DNA from: Obrimoposthia wandeli
Taxonomy: Eukaryota
Direction: 5' to 3'
Length of the DNA stretch: 64,000 nucleotides
Assembly: GCA_977020255.1 (NCBI GenBank)
Contig: CDROCS010004943.1
Location: forward strand, 310,001 to 374,000
Below, piece by piece: positions 1 through 9,309 of the stretch. The notes beneath the pieces are model-generated. The model made no database searches, had not been told where the DNA came from, and saw only the letters and a program-made list of their open reading frames with translations. The translations under genes and the position numbers were made by a program. The first letter of the stretch is position 1, and the number at the start of each line of letters is the position of its first letter.

Positions 1-1319
1 TAAAAGATTTTGGTGATATTCGTATAAGTTATTTGGTCAATCTCAAAATCAAGTTCTCTTAGTAAAATCAAAAACACGTTCTTCAAAAATTTATCCAAAA
101 AATATCTGTCCCTTATCACTTTGAGCACTACTCACGTCAACCAGTGTATAGTTTTTTATATGATAGTACTCGACGCAACTTGGGAAACAAGATAATTCGC
201 GACAAAAATTAAAATTTTTGGTAAGTTTATATTTATTAAAAAATATATATAATTCTTTCAACTTTTATAATCTTTTTAGTTTTATATTTTACTATTATGT
301 CTTTAATAGATAAATGCACTCCAATTTATAGTTTTCAAAAACGAATCTTGATTTGTAAACCAGTTCAAATGAAAAATGTTAAAATCTATCTCAAAATATA
401 TTGTATTTGAGATGTGCTTCGTTTGTTGATTACTTTTTTAATATATTTGTCAGTGTTCAAAACTCTATCCGACAACAGCTAGTGTTTAGCCTTTATATAA
501 ACATAACTCCGAAAACCGAGAAAATATTTTTATATTAATATTACAACTGAATTGACTTACACAACTCAAATTGTAAAAGAAAATTAGAGAATGGAACTCG
601 ACTGTTTCGGAAAACAAAAATTATGTTTGTACTTACGAGACTTGTGCGCAAAGCTGCAAACACCTAAACTATATTATTTTATATTATACTTATGATATTA
701 ATCAAGGTAATATAAAAGTTCCTGAAACTTTATACTAATCACAAATTTACACAAAAATAAAATGTTGTTAGTTTTTTGAAATTGTAAATATTTTTAATGT
801 ATTAAAACTAAGATGATTTTCAAATAAGTTCAAATAACCCACAAGAAAATATTTCAAATCTATATGTATTCAAATTTACAAGTTATATCTATGTAATAAA
901 AATATAGACTAAAGCAATAAAATTAAACTAAATAAACGGCTTTTCTAGTTATTTTGTAAATTAGAATGCCATGTATACAATAAAATATATGATAATAAAA
1001 TTAATGTTTAATAAGCAAAGTAAATAAAATTATTACAATAGGTAAAAGAAAATATGAACACTAAATGTAAAAATGAAATAAATTGCGGCTAAAACTTGAG
1101 AAAATAAAATGAATCTTTTCTTATCAAAGTTAAATAAATTCTTACAATTAATAAAACTAAATTTTTAATGTCAAATGTTATAACCAAAAATAAATAGTGA
1201 CTAAAATGCAAGAAATAAAATTAATTTTAAATAAATTATTATAATAAATAAAATATTATTGTACAAAAACAAATAAATTACCTGTTGCTTGGTCGGGCTC
1301 ACTAAATTGTTAATAAGTC

Positions 1320-1420
1320 AAGATGAAAATTGAATTTAATTGAGAAATTGTTCTTGGGATCAAACTGTTTCAAATAATTTCTGGATCAAAAATTGTGTCT
1401 CTGCAGAAGAAATGCTGTTC
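1320..1420 (-). mobile_element. Possible non-LTR retrotransposon RT C-terminal remnant
   Basis: Minus-strand translation NSLIPRTISQLN resembles the NSF(I/F)PRT..LN tail of CR1/Rex-type RTs. It is a single motif and is deleted in copy B. Confidence 0.3.
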
Positions 1421-1952
1421 ATATACCAGAGGGAAATACACATGGAGAGATAGAGGAGCGAGTTAGGGACAGCACACACAACCACAAGTCTCAGTCAGGT
1501 AAGCTGGCAATGGAAATGTCAACTCCACTTTGTAGTGGACACAATTGCCGCTATTGAATGGCTATCTGCTTGGAAAGGAGATAAGACCTGGGTGTCAGGG
1601 GGCAAAATCTCCGAGACGGTGAGGCAAAGCGGCTGCAGCAGCGCATTCAGTGACTTGTTGGCAATCCCGTAATAATGGTTGGTAGGGAGGCATGAATATA
1701 GTTGGGCGGTTGGGCAGGCGGGAAATCCGAGAAGCTGCATCAACCGAGGCACAACATACACAACAGCAGCACAAGATCGGCTGCAGATACTGATGATGCC
1801 GTTGTTTCTGGAAGATGATTACGATGCCGTTCTCGCCGCATGAATGATAACGGAGGAATGTAGAGGAGAGAGACTGCTGCTACTGGGCGGCAAATCTTTG
1901 GTGGACAAAACCACTTTACTTTTTAGTCAGACTTATTTCTGGCATTTTAGCC

Positions 1953-2004
1953 ACCTCCCTGACGAGGCCAAGGTAGGCCGAAACAGGTTTATCATGTCGG
2001 AGTT
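1953..2004 (+). ncRNA. Type I minimal hammerhead ribozyme (Penelope/retrozyme class), copy A
   Basis: Stem I is CTCC 1955-1958 with GGAG 1999-2002. The core reads CTGACGA 1959-1965, stem II GGCC-aaggta-GGCC, GAAA 1980-1983, short stem III CA/TG and a GTC cleavage triplet at 1996-1998. Confidence 0.8.
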
Positions 2005-2137
2005 TGATTAAAGTATACCTTCCTGATTTTGGGCATTTCAGTAATGTCAATTTAAATTGACATAATTAATTCTAATATATATATATATTTTTTTAAATTC
2101 AAACATTTATGAAGTTATGTGATCTCGTGAGTTCACA

Positions 2138-2235
2138 TGACCTTGACCTACATGGCCTTGAAAAATCATGTATACTCGAGAGAATATGACCCACATAAAA
2201 TGACCTTGACCTACATTTTGACCTCATCATGACCT
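2138..2235 (-). repeat. TGACCT (AGGTCA) hexamer array; homolog at about 27610-27710
   Basis: Six perfect TGACCT hexamers at 2138, 2144, 2201, 2207, 2219 and 2230. Confidence 0.8.
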
Positions 2236-2439
2236 TAACTTGTCCTCATAACCCCTGGAGGCTTTGTTCCAAAAGTGCAACATCTACATACTCACTAGGT
2301 GGACATTTATCATGAAAAAAAATACATTTTCAGGATATAACCTAAAATTTAATTGGATCAACATGAAAGAAGATGTGAAAATAGGTTCAAAACATGTGAA
2401 ATATTTCTTAAACGAAAAAATACTTTACGTCATACAAAA

Positions 2440-2960
2440 ATACCTTTTTTACCTGAAACACCCCGACGAAATCACTACATAATAGTATTTTCCGACCTAT
2501 TACAAGATTGCTAGAGGTTTTACCAATACAAGATCACAAGGCTGTAACCATCGCAAAGGTTTTAGTTGTAAAAACAATTTTTACTTTTGGTGCACCTCGA
2601 AAGTCTTTAACTGACAAAGGTCCTGAATTCATAAATAATTTATTAGTATCAATAGCCGAAATATTTCAGATAAAAAAGATCAACACAACACCATATCACC
2701 CTCAAACCGATGGATTAGTAGAACGATTTAATATAACCCTCGAAGATATGATGGCATCATACACTAACAATAATCAAACAGATTGGGATTTACACATACC
2801 TCCATGCCTTTTTGTATATAGAACATCAGTACTGGCATCAACAGGAGAAACATCTTTTTACCTTATGTTCCTACATTATTACAACCTACCACTCAATACT
2901 TAGAAATACCTGAAAGCAAAATAGAAATTAGAGAAAGAATAAAACTAGCAAATTTGTCTC
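2440..2960 (+). pseudogene. Ty3/Gypsy integrase core (rve) remnant
   Basis: PETPRRNHYIIVFSD, frameshift, then TDKGPEF...TTPYHPQTDGLVERFNITL...DWDLHIPPCLFVYRTS..STGETSFYL (ORF 2508-2903). Confidence 0.88.
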
Positions 2961-2989
2961 TGTCTTTTTTATGTGTCTTTTTCGCAAAA

Positions 2990-3130
2990 TTTCTAAAATA
3001 TTTCTAAGTTGTGAAAATATTTTTTGTTGGGAAATTATTTTTAAATTTCTAAACTATAAAACAACTTTGAAAATATTCTGTGTATATTCTAGTACAAAAG
3101 GTTTTGTAAATAATTCTTTGTAAAATTTAA
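2990..3130. repeat. Dispersed ~140-bp AT-rich repeat (also about 22375-22510 and 28480-28620)
   Basis: ttctaaaatattt..aagttgtgaa...tctaaactataaaacaa...tattctagtacaaaa occurs three times. Confidence 0.8.
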
Positions 3131-3186
3131 GTTTTGAAAATGTTGAAATTTGCGAAAAAAATAATATTAAAACAAAAACATGGTCA

Positions 3187-3214
3187 TGGCACGTGCCACG
3201 GTTGCCATGGCAAC
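3187..3214. promoter_or_regulatory. Adjacent palindromes: E-box-containing TGGCACGTGCCA and RFX X-box-like GTTGCCATGGCAAC
   Basis: Perfect 12-bp palindrome at 3187-3198 and perfect 14-bp palindrome at 3201-3214. Copy at 28671-28698 reads GTTGCTATGGCAAC. Regulatory function is not shown. Confidence 0.45.
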
Positions 3215-5283
3215 AATACACACCTTACCACACGTATCATTGATTCAAATTACACAATTATAAAATATACCAAATAATTATAGGACAAATATTTTTATCC
3301 GTTATTGATATTTTCATGAAGGTTTTGCGCAAATTTATACGGAAAAATCCCCTTATCATGAACCGAAACTAAGAACACTGACTGTGTAATTGGCCATGCA
3401 TTTAAAGATGCCGTTAAATTTTTTAAAGAACCGCTCAAAAACTGCAGAGAATCTATAAATCTTAAACTGTAGAATTCAGTATATGCTGTTAAAGATAAAT
3501 ATTTCTCTGAAGTTTGAGGTACACATGAAATTTCTCAAGAGCTTAATGTACCCAACGCGTATTTAAGTATATGATGCAAATCATATTCTTTGAGATTATG
3601 AAACACGATGGGAATGCGTGGTTTTTAGGGAGTAGACGGCCAAGGTTACAGTGGTTGCATGCCGCTCCCAATTATCGCCCCGTAACATGATCGTGATCTC
3701 TGACTAACTTAGACTGGGTTTCACACAAATAACATAATCTACAAGAATTAAAATTAACCCAGTCTATGCCTGTCATGATCATTGCTTGATGAGCATTAAG
3801 ATCAATCCACGGTTTGTCAATTGTAGTTCCTAATTCTTCTAATTTTAACATTAAAACTAAAATACAATTTGGACCGGAAAATTTATGATACTGTGATAAA
3901 TATATTGGGGCATAAGATTAGTAGTCCTGCCGAAGCCGGTAAATGAATTCTCTCATACTGGTCGTGCAATGCTAGAATTGACTCAAAATCAGCATACACC
4001 CTGAATTCCACGGGTATGCATTTTGTCCAATCCCTGAATTTTAAATCCTTATCCTTAGGTATGCTGTATAGCGTATTGTCATCGGGATTCAGTGAACATA
4101 ATGTCAGATGTTTGTTGTAAGAGAGCTCGGATCGGAATCCATGTAAACATCTATGACACCACTTAGACCTTATCCTAACCGGTAAGGCTCCATTATCTAA
4201 ATTTAGAAGACGATGTAAACTGGGAATTGCAGCATAATATAATTTTTTCTTATGTTCGAGCAAAATTAAGTTTTTGCTCCTATAAATTACATCTACAAAA
4301 GGATTTTGAAAAATTTCTTCATCTGTTACATTAACTGGGATATCAGTATTGTATTTAAATACATTAATACTCAAGTTATTAAGATGTTCAAATCTTGATA
4401 TCGCAGTTAATTTAACATGAAAATCTATTCCATGATACTGCAATTCATTTATAAAATTAATTTATATTAAAAAAAAATATTAATTTATATATATTTACTA
4501 ACACGCTCTCTATGCTCAGTAATTACATCCCTTTTGAGGATGGCCATCACGCAATACAGAAAGCAAAGGTTATCACTGTTTTGTACGTTAACAATGGAAC
4601 GTGAAAGTTGAAGAGATCTAGGTGAAGGAATGTATGAACTCCCCGAAAGATATATCATGTCAGTGGACTTTTTTAAGAACAAAGCTAACATCGTGAATTC
4701 TAACTGGAGTCCATCCACTACTTAACTCGTTATAATTAGCAATTTTTTCATTTAGGTTTCTTCCAATTTCAGTTACAAAATTATCATAGAAAACAGTTGC
4801 TTTATGTGAAATTACCCAAGTTTTAGTCTCCTCATTGACATTTTAAAACTGCACTGTTGCGCAAAATTGAACCTTAGCCTGTCCTAATTTAGTCACTTCT
4901 GATTTTAAAAGATTTTCAATATTTGAATCTACACCTACGTTTAATAAAATTTCATTTCCTAATGACACCTTAACTATAACATATTTATTATTTAGGTGAT
5001 ACTCTATAGTAGCACTGTTTTCTCTACGTTTTTTGGGTGGGACCTTATTAAGAAATTGGCCTCGCCTCTTTCTTCCTACAGTCGCTGACAAACCTCTCCC
5101 TAATTGAAAGGGAAGACAATTAGTTATATTAATCGCAGCTGATGTAGACGATGCTGCTGTAATAGATGCTGCTGCAGATGATGAGACAGTGGCAGTTGTA
5201 GAGGCTGCATTTGAAGTTGGAGTATGCAAGGTAGAAGCTGACCTTGCCAATGAAGAAGATGGCTGTTGTAGAGGCTGATGCTG

Positions 5284-5331
5284 CTGAAATAAATATATTA
5301 AAAAAAATATATAATTTAAAAAAAAATTTAC
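5284..5331 (-). other. pPolB intron 3 (48 nt, phase 1)
   Basis: AGAG|gtaaattt...atttcag|CAGC. The intron is almost pure AT between ~50% GC exons. Confidence 0.8.
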
Positions 5332-5418
5332 CTCTAAGGCGTGCTAACATCGATGTAGGCACTCGCGATGGGGGAGGCATAGCTGTCGTAGCGGATGACG
5401 TCTGTATCAAGTTACTTC

Positions 5419-5497
5419 CTGAATAAAATATATAAAATAAAATATAAATAATTACAATTTTAAAAAAATTATCAGAAAAATAATTATAAAAAAGTAC
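5419..5497 (-). other. pPolB intron 2 (79 nt, phase 1)
   Basis: TTAG|gtactttt...tattcag|GAAG. The 87-nt exon 5418-5332 keeps frame (GSNLIQTSS...RLR). Confidence 0.8.
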
Positions 5498-5860
5498 CTA
5501 ATGAAGGCAATCCAACTGGAGCTGGAATGAAGTCCTCTTCATTGACGGTATCCATCTAGCTGTCTTCCGTTAACTCGACGAAATCGGATTCCTCGGTAGA
5601 GCAGGTGCAGTCTGGGAATCGCGCACCAATTGCACGATATCCCTCTTCTTGTTGTTGGCCGTGAAACAGAATAGGTGAGCTCGATGTTCACCGAAGAAGA
5701 CTCGAAACTCCTTCTCCTCCATTGTTCTGCAGAAGAGGCAGACGAAGAATTGAAACCCGCGAGACTTTGTCAGATAGAAGGCAGACATTATCTCCATACA
5801 GGTCTCTCCTCCATGCGGAGCTGAAGCACCACAATATGCTGGAAACAGGATACACGTAAT

Positions 5861-5907
5861 CTGAAATAATAAATATTAATAAAGAAATAATAAGTATAGA
5901 TTCTGAC
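5861..5907 (-). other. pPolB intron 1 (47 nt, phase 0) directly after the start ATG
   Basis: ATG|gtcagaat...tttcag|ATTACG. The homolog at 30644-30689 has the consensus donor ATG|gtaaga. Splicing extends ORF 5570-5797 by exactly 21 open codons. Confidence 0.82.
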
Positions 5908-5957
5908 CATAGTCAATATTTCAAATATTCGGGGATTTAAATGAAGAAAGTGTTTGC

Positions 5958-5999
5958 TTATATACTAAAATTTATGCACACATGCTCTTTTCCTATTGG
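5958..5999 (-). promoter_or_regulatory. Putative pPolB promoter (TATA and CCAAT)
   Basis: TATATAA on the minus strand at 5958-5964, 48 nt before the ATG, and CCAAT at 5995-5999. Both are conserved in copy 2 (TATA at 30740-30746). Confidence 0.55.
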
Positions 6000-6149
6000 A
6001 TTAAAACATTGAATTTTATTGAGAAGGATTGTTTATCTGTTATTGGTCGAAAACATTTTTTTTTATTCCTCCAATTAAAAGGCTTATTTGTAATTGAATG
6101 AAAAATTGAATTTTTAAATAATGAATTTCTTCAATTAGAAGAATTGTTT

Positions 6150-6636
6150 ATCTACATGTTAAATAATAATAAGATAGACTTAAACAATTTTTATATGCGC
6201 AATGGTCACCATGACTACGACATAGACAGCAAATATTTCGTGGAATTTTTAATAGGTGATCACGTGAAATATTTAAAGTATTCAACCTCAATTTGTGAAA
6301 ATATTTTTTAAAGTCTTATACTTTTTTGCCATCCATTTCATCTAAAACATAAAAAATTCCATTTTCTATATCAAAATTAGATTTTATTGTATCGAAAATA
6401 CATATTTCACAAAAAGCCTTATGTCCTTCTTTCCATTTTAATAAATGAAAATAATTAGTTAGATATAAATTAGTAAATTTTTTCTTATAATCTAAACTTT
6501 TAAACGGGATATCTATTTGAAATATGAAATGCAAAGTATGAAAAACGTTGCATACATCCATAATACATAATTCTTTTTTAATATAATCACCATTTTTGTT
6601 AATGAAAACCTCAAAATCTATGATATATTCCTGCAT
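6150..6636 (-). pseudogene. Polinton accessory DnaQ/DEDD-like exonuclease-fold protein with Cys/His tail, frameshifted
   Basis: IDFEVF..YIKKELCI..HFIF..YLTNYFHLLKWKEG, then after a frameshift CCLCRSHGDHCAYKNCL. This pattern is familiar from Maverick accessory ORFs. Confidence 0.6.
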
Positions 6637-6700
6637 AATTACTCAAATTTGTAGCAAATCCCATTGTTTATAACGAAAATAACCATTAATCAAAAATTTA

Positions 6701-6940
6701 TTAAAATAACAAAGTACTCAGTCTTTCATGTTCAGATTGGTATAAATTGTCAATTCTCCTATGAATATTAAAATAAATTATATTAAATGTAAACATACCT
6801 AAATATTTCGAAATTAAATTACGTATTTTATCTTCAACAATTTCCGGAGTATCATTTTCTGAAAAGTAATTTTTTTTATAATATTCCATTAAATCTGGAG
6901 ATAATTTAATGTATAATTTATTCCAATTTTTATTTTCCAT
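6701..6940 (-). CDS. Polinton small hypothetical protein (79 aa)
   Basis: Open ORF within the gene array. A disrupted homolog lies at about 31510-31750. Confidence 0.5.
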   Translation of the reverse strand: MENKNWNKLYIKLSPDLMEYYKKNYFSENDTPEIVEDKIRNLISKYLGMFTFNIIYFNIHRRIDNLYQSEHERLSTLLF

Positions 6941-7059
6941 CTTACAAAAAACATTATATAAAAAATTGTTTATATTTAGTATGCTTATGTAAAATATTTA
7001 GACAATTATGTAACACTATATATAATCAATAAAGGACAAAGAAAAAAATAATAATCAAA

Positions 7060-8130
7060 AAAAAAAATTTTTTGTAGGAGGACCCTCTTAACCGCCGCTT
7101 GTTTCCTATCGACGGATAGTCTGAGAGTTGCCTCCTCTTAAATTTCCTCTACCAATTCGGCTTCTTATGTGAATAATTAAAATTATTAACTAATTATTAA
7201 CTAATTTATAATAATTTACCTCATATTTATCCGGAGTCGGTAGGTATCGCTGCTCACTCCTTGGATCATCCTGGTTACATTGACTCGCCAAGTACTGCGG
7301 TTCAATCAGCCTCTCCGCCGTGGTCACTGACGGTGCCAAATCCAGTTGAAGTTTCTAAAAATGAAATTAAAAAACATTTTAAATAAATTAACCTCATTCG
7401 TCGCCTTTATTCTCCTAACAGGACATATCGGAGATTGCGGCCTTATGAACGGACCAGGCACCTTTATTGTCGGCTATCGGAGTTGGTGTTGCAGAGGGAG
7501 TGAGACCATCCAAATCATCGGTGAACAGGCGCCACTCGTCTTCGTCCAATTCTGCACCATCGAATCGTTGGCTCCTGGGGCTCCGATACTTGGCTGTATC
7601 CATTCATCGATGAATGGAGTCAAGTCCTCCTCACCCTCCAACGGAACGTAATTGGTGAATAGCTCCTCGTCTGAGTCTGGTGCAAGTTCTATCTCCGGCT
7701 GAGACAGCAGGATCAATTTCCAGGGGCGTTTGATTGTCGCCTCAAAATTCTGAAAGAGATTGAATCTCCTTGCTGCTACTGCTGAAGTTGCCGGACGATT
7801 GGGTTTTGTGTTTTGCCTGGGAGTACAGTCTTCCCAATTCTCAATCGAATGCTGACTAGTCAGGTCAATATATTGGGATCTCTGTACCCCGCCTCTCACG
7901 TCCATTGGTTCTTCTTTTGGAGTTGAGCTGGCCAATGGGGCTTCTTCTTCCAACAGCTCCGCTCTTGCTGCTGCTTCTCCTTCGTCTCCTTCGCTCACCA
8001 CCGACGAGTCTTGACTAAGTAAGTCAATGTATTGCGCCGGTGGTGGCGTTCGCTGCTGTACTGGAGAGAGATCCCCATTTAGTTGAACCTCCATCTCTTC
8101 GTCTAGGTCAACGTTGTTGAAAATAGGCAT
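7060..8130 (-). pseudogene. Polinton terminal-proximal spliced acidic disordered protein ('gene X')
   Basis: GC-rich exons at 8130-7393, 7354-7220 (135 nt) and from 7164. Introns are 7355-7392 and 7165-7219 (acceptor mutated here, intact in the 40464-40507 copy). Two frameshifts. Two QYIDL(L/T)SQ motifs. Confidence 0.75.
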
Positions 8131-8185
8131 TCTTGATTATTGATTCTTGATTTTGATTAATGAAAAATAATGAAAAGAGGTCTTA

Positions 8186-8212
8186 TTATATACAAATGAA
8201 ATGCCGTCCAAT
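8186..8212 (-). promoter_or_regulatory. Putative gene X promoter (TATA and CCAAT box)
   Basis: TATATAA on the minus strand at 8186-8192, 56 nt before the ATG, and a CCAAT/ATTGG at 8208-8212. Confidence 0.5.
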
Positions 8213-8504
8213 AAAAGCAGGTTATTCAAATAATTTATTTGAAAAGTCCATAGGCTTTTATCAATTTTTAACTACTTTTGAATGCGAGAATGTCATTGGA
8301 TAAAAAAAATATTTTATTTAAAAATAGTATTATTTTCTTAAGTTTTTGTTGCTTAAGTTCAACGTCCAATGAAAACGTATTATTCAAATAATTTATAGAA
8401 TTTTATTAATTTTTGTTGATGTTTGAATACATGTATATCTTTGGATTTAAAATAGTAATATTTTCTCGATCGTACATGTTTGAATGGTATAAATGTTTTT
8501 CCAG

Positions 8505-8635
8505 AGGTCATTAAAGGTCAAGTTAAGGTCATGACCTCATGAGGTCAAGGTCATTTAAAGTCATCATGAGGTCAAGGTCATTTAAGGTCATGATGACTCA
8601 TTCTATAACTCATCGATGGTTCATCGTATGACTCA
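8505..8635. repeat. AGGTCA half-site array plus two TGACTCA sites in the Polinton subterminal region
   Basis: Nine perfect AGGTCA/TGACCT hexamers in 8505-8590. TGACTCA at 8594-8600 and 8629-8635. Confidence 0.75.
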
Positions 8636-8719
8636 TCCTACGACTCAACGATAACTCATCCGAATAAAATGAAATAAAATGTTGAAATCATTTCCAATTT
8701 ATGTAGTTAATGATTTAAA

Positions 8720-9000
8720 TTTTTTGCGACCCTATATATGTATTGCTCGTTAAACTACCGCAGGCCCGGAGGGCACGTGTTGGCCCACTAGACGGCTTCT
8801 CAGGACCTTCCTCACTTTTTTGGGAGCATTATGAGATTTTCAATTTTAAAGGGTGTTATATGGGGTTAATTAGTTATTGTGAGTGTTGGCCCAACACTGT
8901 TGGGGTGGGGTAAAATATTTCACTCCACACACATGCTCAGTTTTAAAGGACAGTGGAAGGAGGGGGTGTGAATTAGACCAGACACATCCACATACTTACT
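8720..9000. mobile_element. Polinton subfamily-2 right end (subterminal region and TIR)
   Basis: Ends ...gacacatccacatacttact at 9000 (reverse complement AGTAAGTATGTGGATGTGTC) and matches 40860-41121. The element extends inward to about 3220. Confidence 0.85.
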
Positions 9001-9305
9001 ATATTTAGTTAAAGTAAAATTTATCTGCAATATGCGTAAAGTTCGCCTTCCACTACTCAATTCACTGTAATTGACAATTTTTTCATCCAATTTTTGCGAT
9101 ATCTTGTTCAAACACTCATCATCATACAACACGGTTATTGTTATTGATAGTTTTTTGATATAATTGAATGTCTGATACACCTGATGTGGTAGGATTTGAT
9201 AGTTTCGTGATAGCCAGTGAGGATGGACTTTGTATCCTTGCTGATGTGGAAGGACTTTGGTGTGTCATGGCATACGATATAAATGGTATTTGGTGTGTTA
9301 CCTGT
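9001..9305 (-). pseudogene. Fragment of a second, divergent Polinton pPolB N-terminal region
   Basis: TVLYDDECLNKISQKLDEKIVNYSELSSG..QINFTLTKY aligns with TVFYDNFVTEIGRNLNEKIANYNELSSGW in the 4700-4800 region. It is preceded by S/T/P-rich sequence and cut at TKY by the subfamily-2 TIR. Confidence 0.65.
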
Positions 9306-9309
9306 ATAA

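Larger units (their letters stand above)
1..4197. repeat. Segmental duplication copy A (partner 25688-29664)
   Basis: Colinear match through AT-rich DNA, the GC-rich block, the hammerhead, the Gypsy integrase and the pPolB exonuclease region. Identity is about 90% or more by eye. The copy runs off the window start. Confidence 0.95.
3220..5910 (-). pseudogene. Polinton protein-primed DNA polymerase B, 5' two-thirds, spliced (3 introns), with frameshifts and stops
   Basis: Motifs in order: SSGW..GSSYIP..IVNVQNSDNLCFLYC; GIDFHVK..FEHLNNLSINVF; WCHRCLHGF; FRVYADFESIL; LVRDHDHVTG..GAACNHCNL; LRFIDSLQFL..SL; KGIFPY. The 5' part joins in frame through GT-AG introns to an ATG at 5910. Confidence 0.92.

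Noticed and set aside
1519-1761. 80-aa ORF (and duplicate 26995-27237) as a real protein
   Set aside because: Non-ATG start, no recognisable motif, and conservation is explained by the segmental duplication.
7346-7651. Plus-strand ORFs over gene X and pPolB (also 5244-5426, 30458-30661, 32490-32693)
   Set aside because: Antisense shadows that cross intron sequences.
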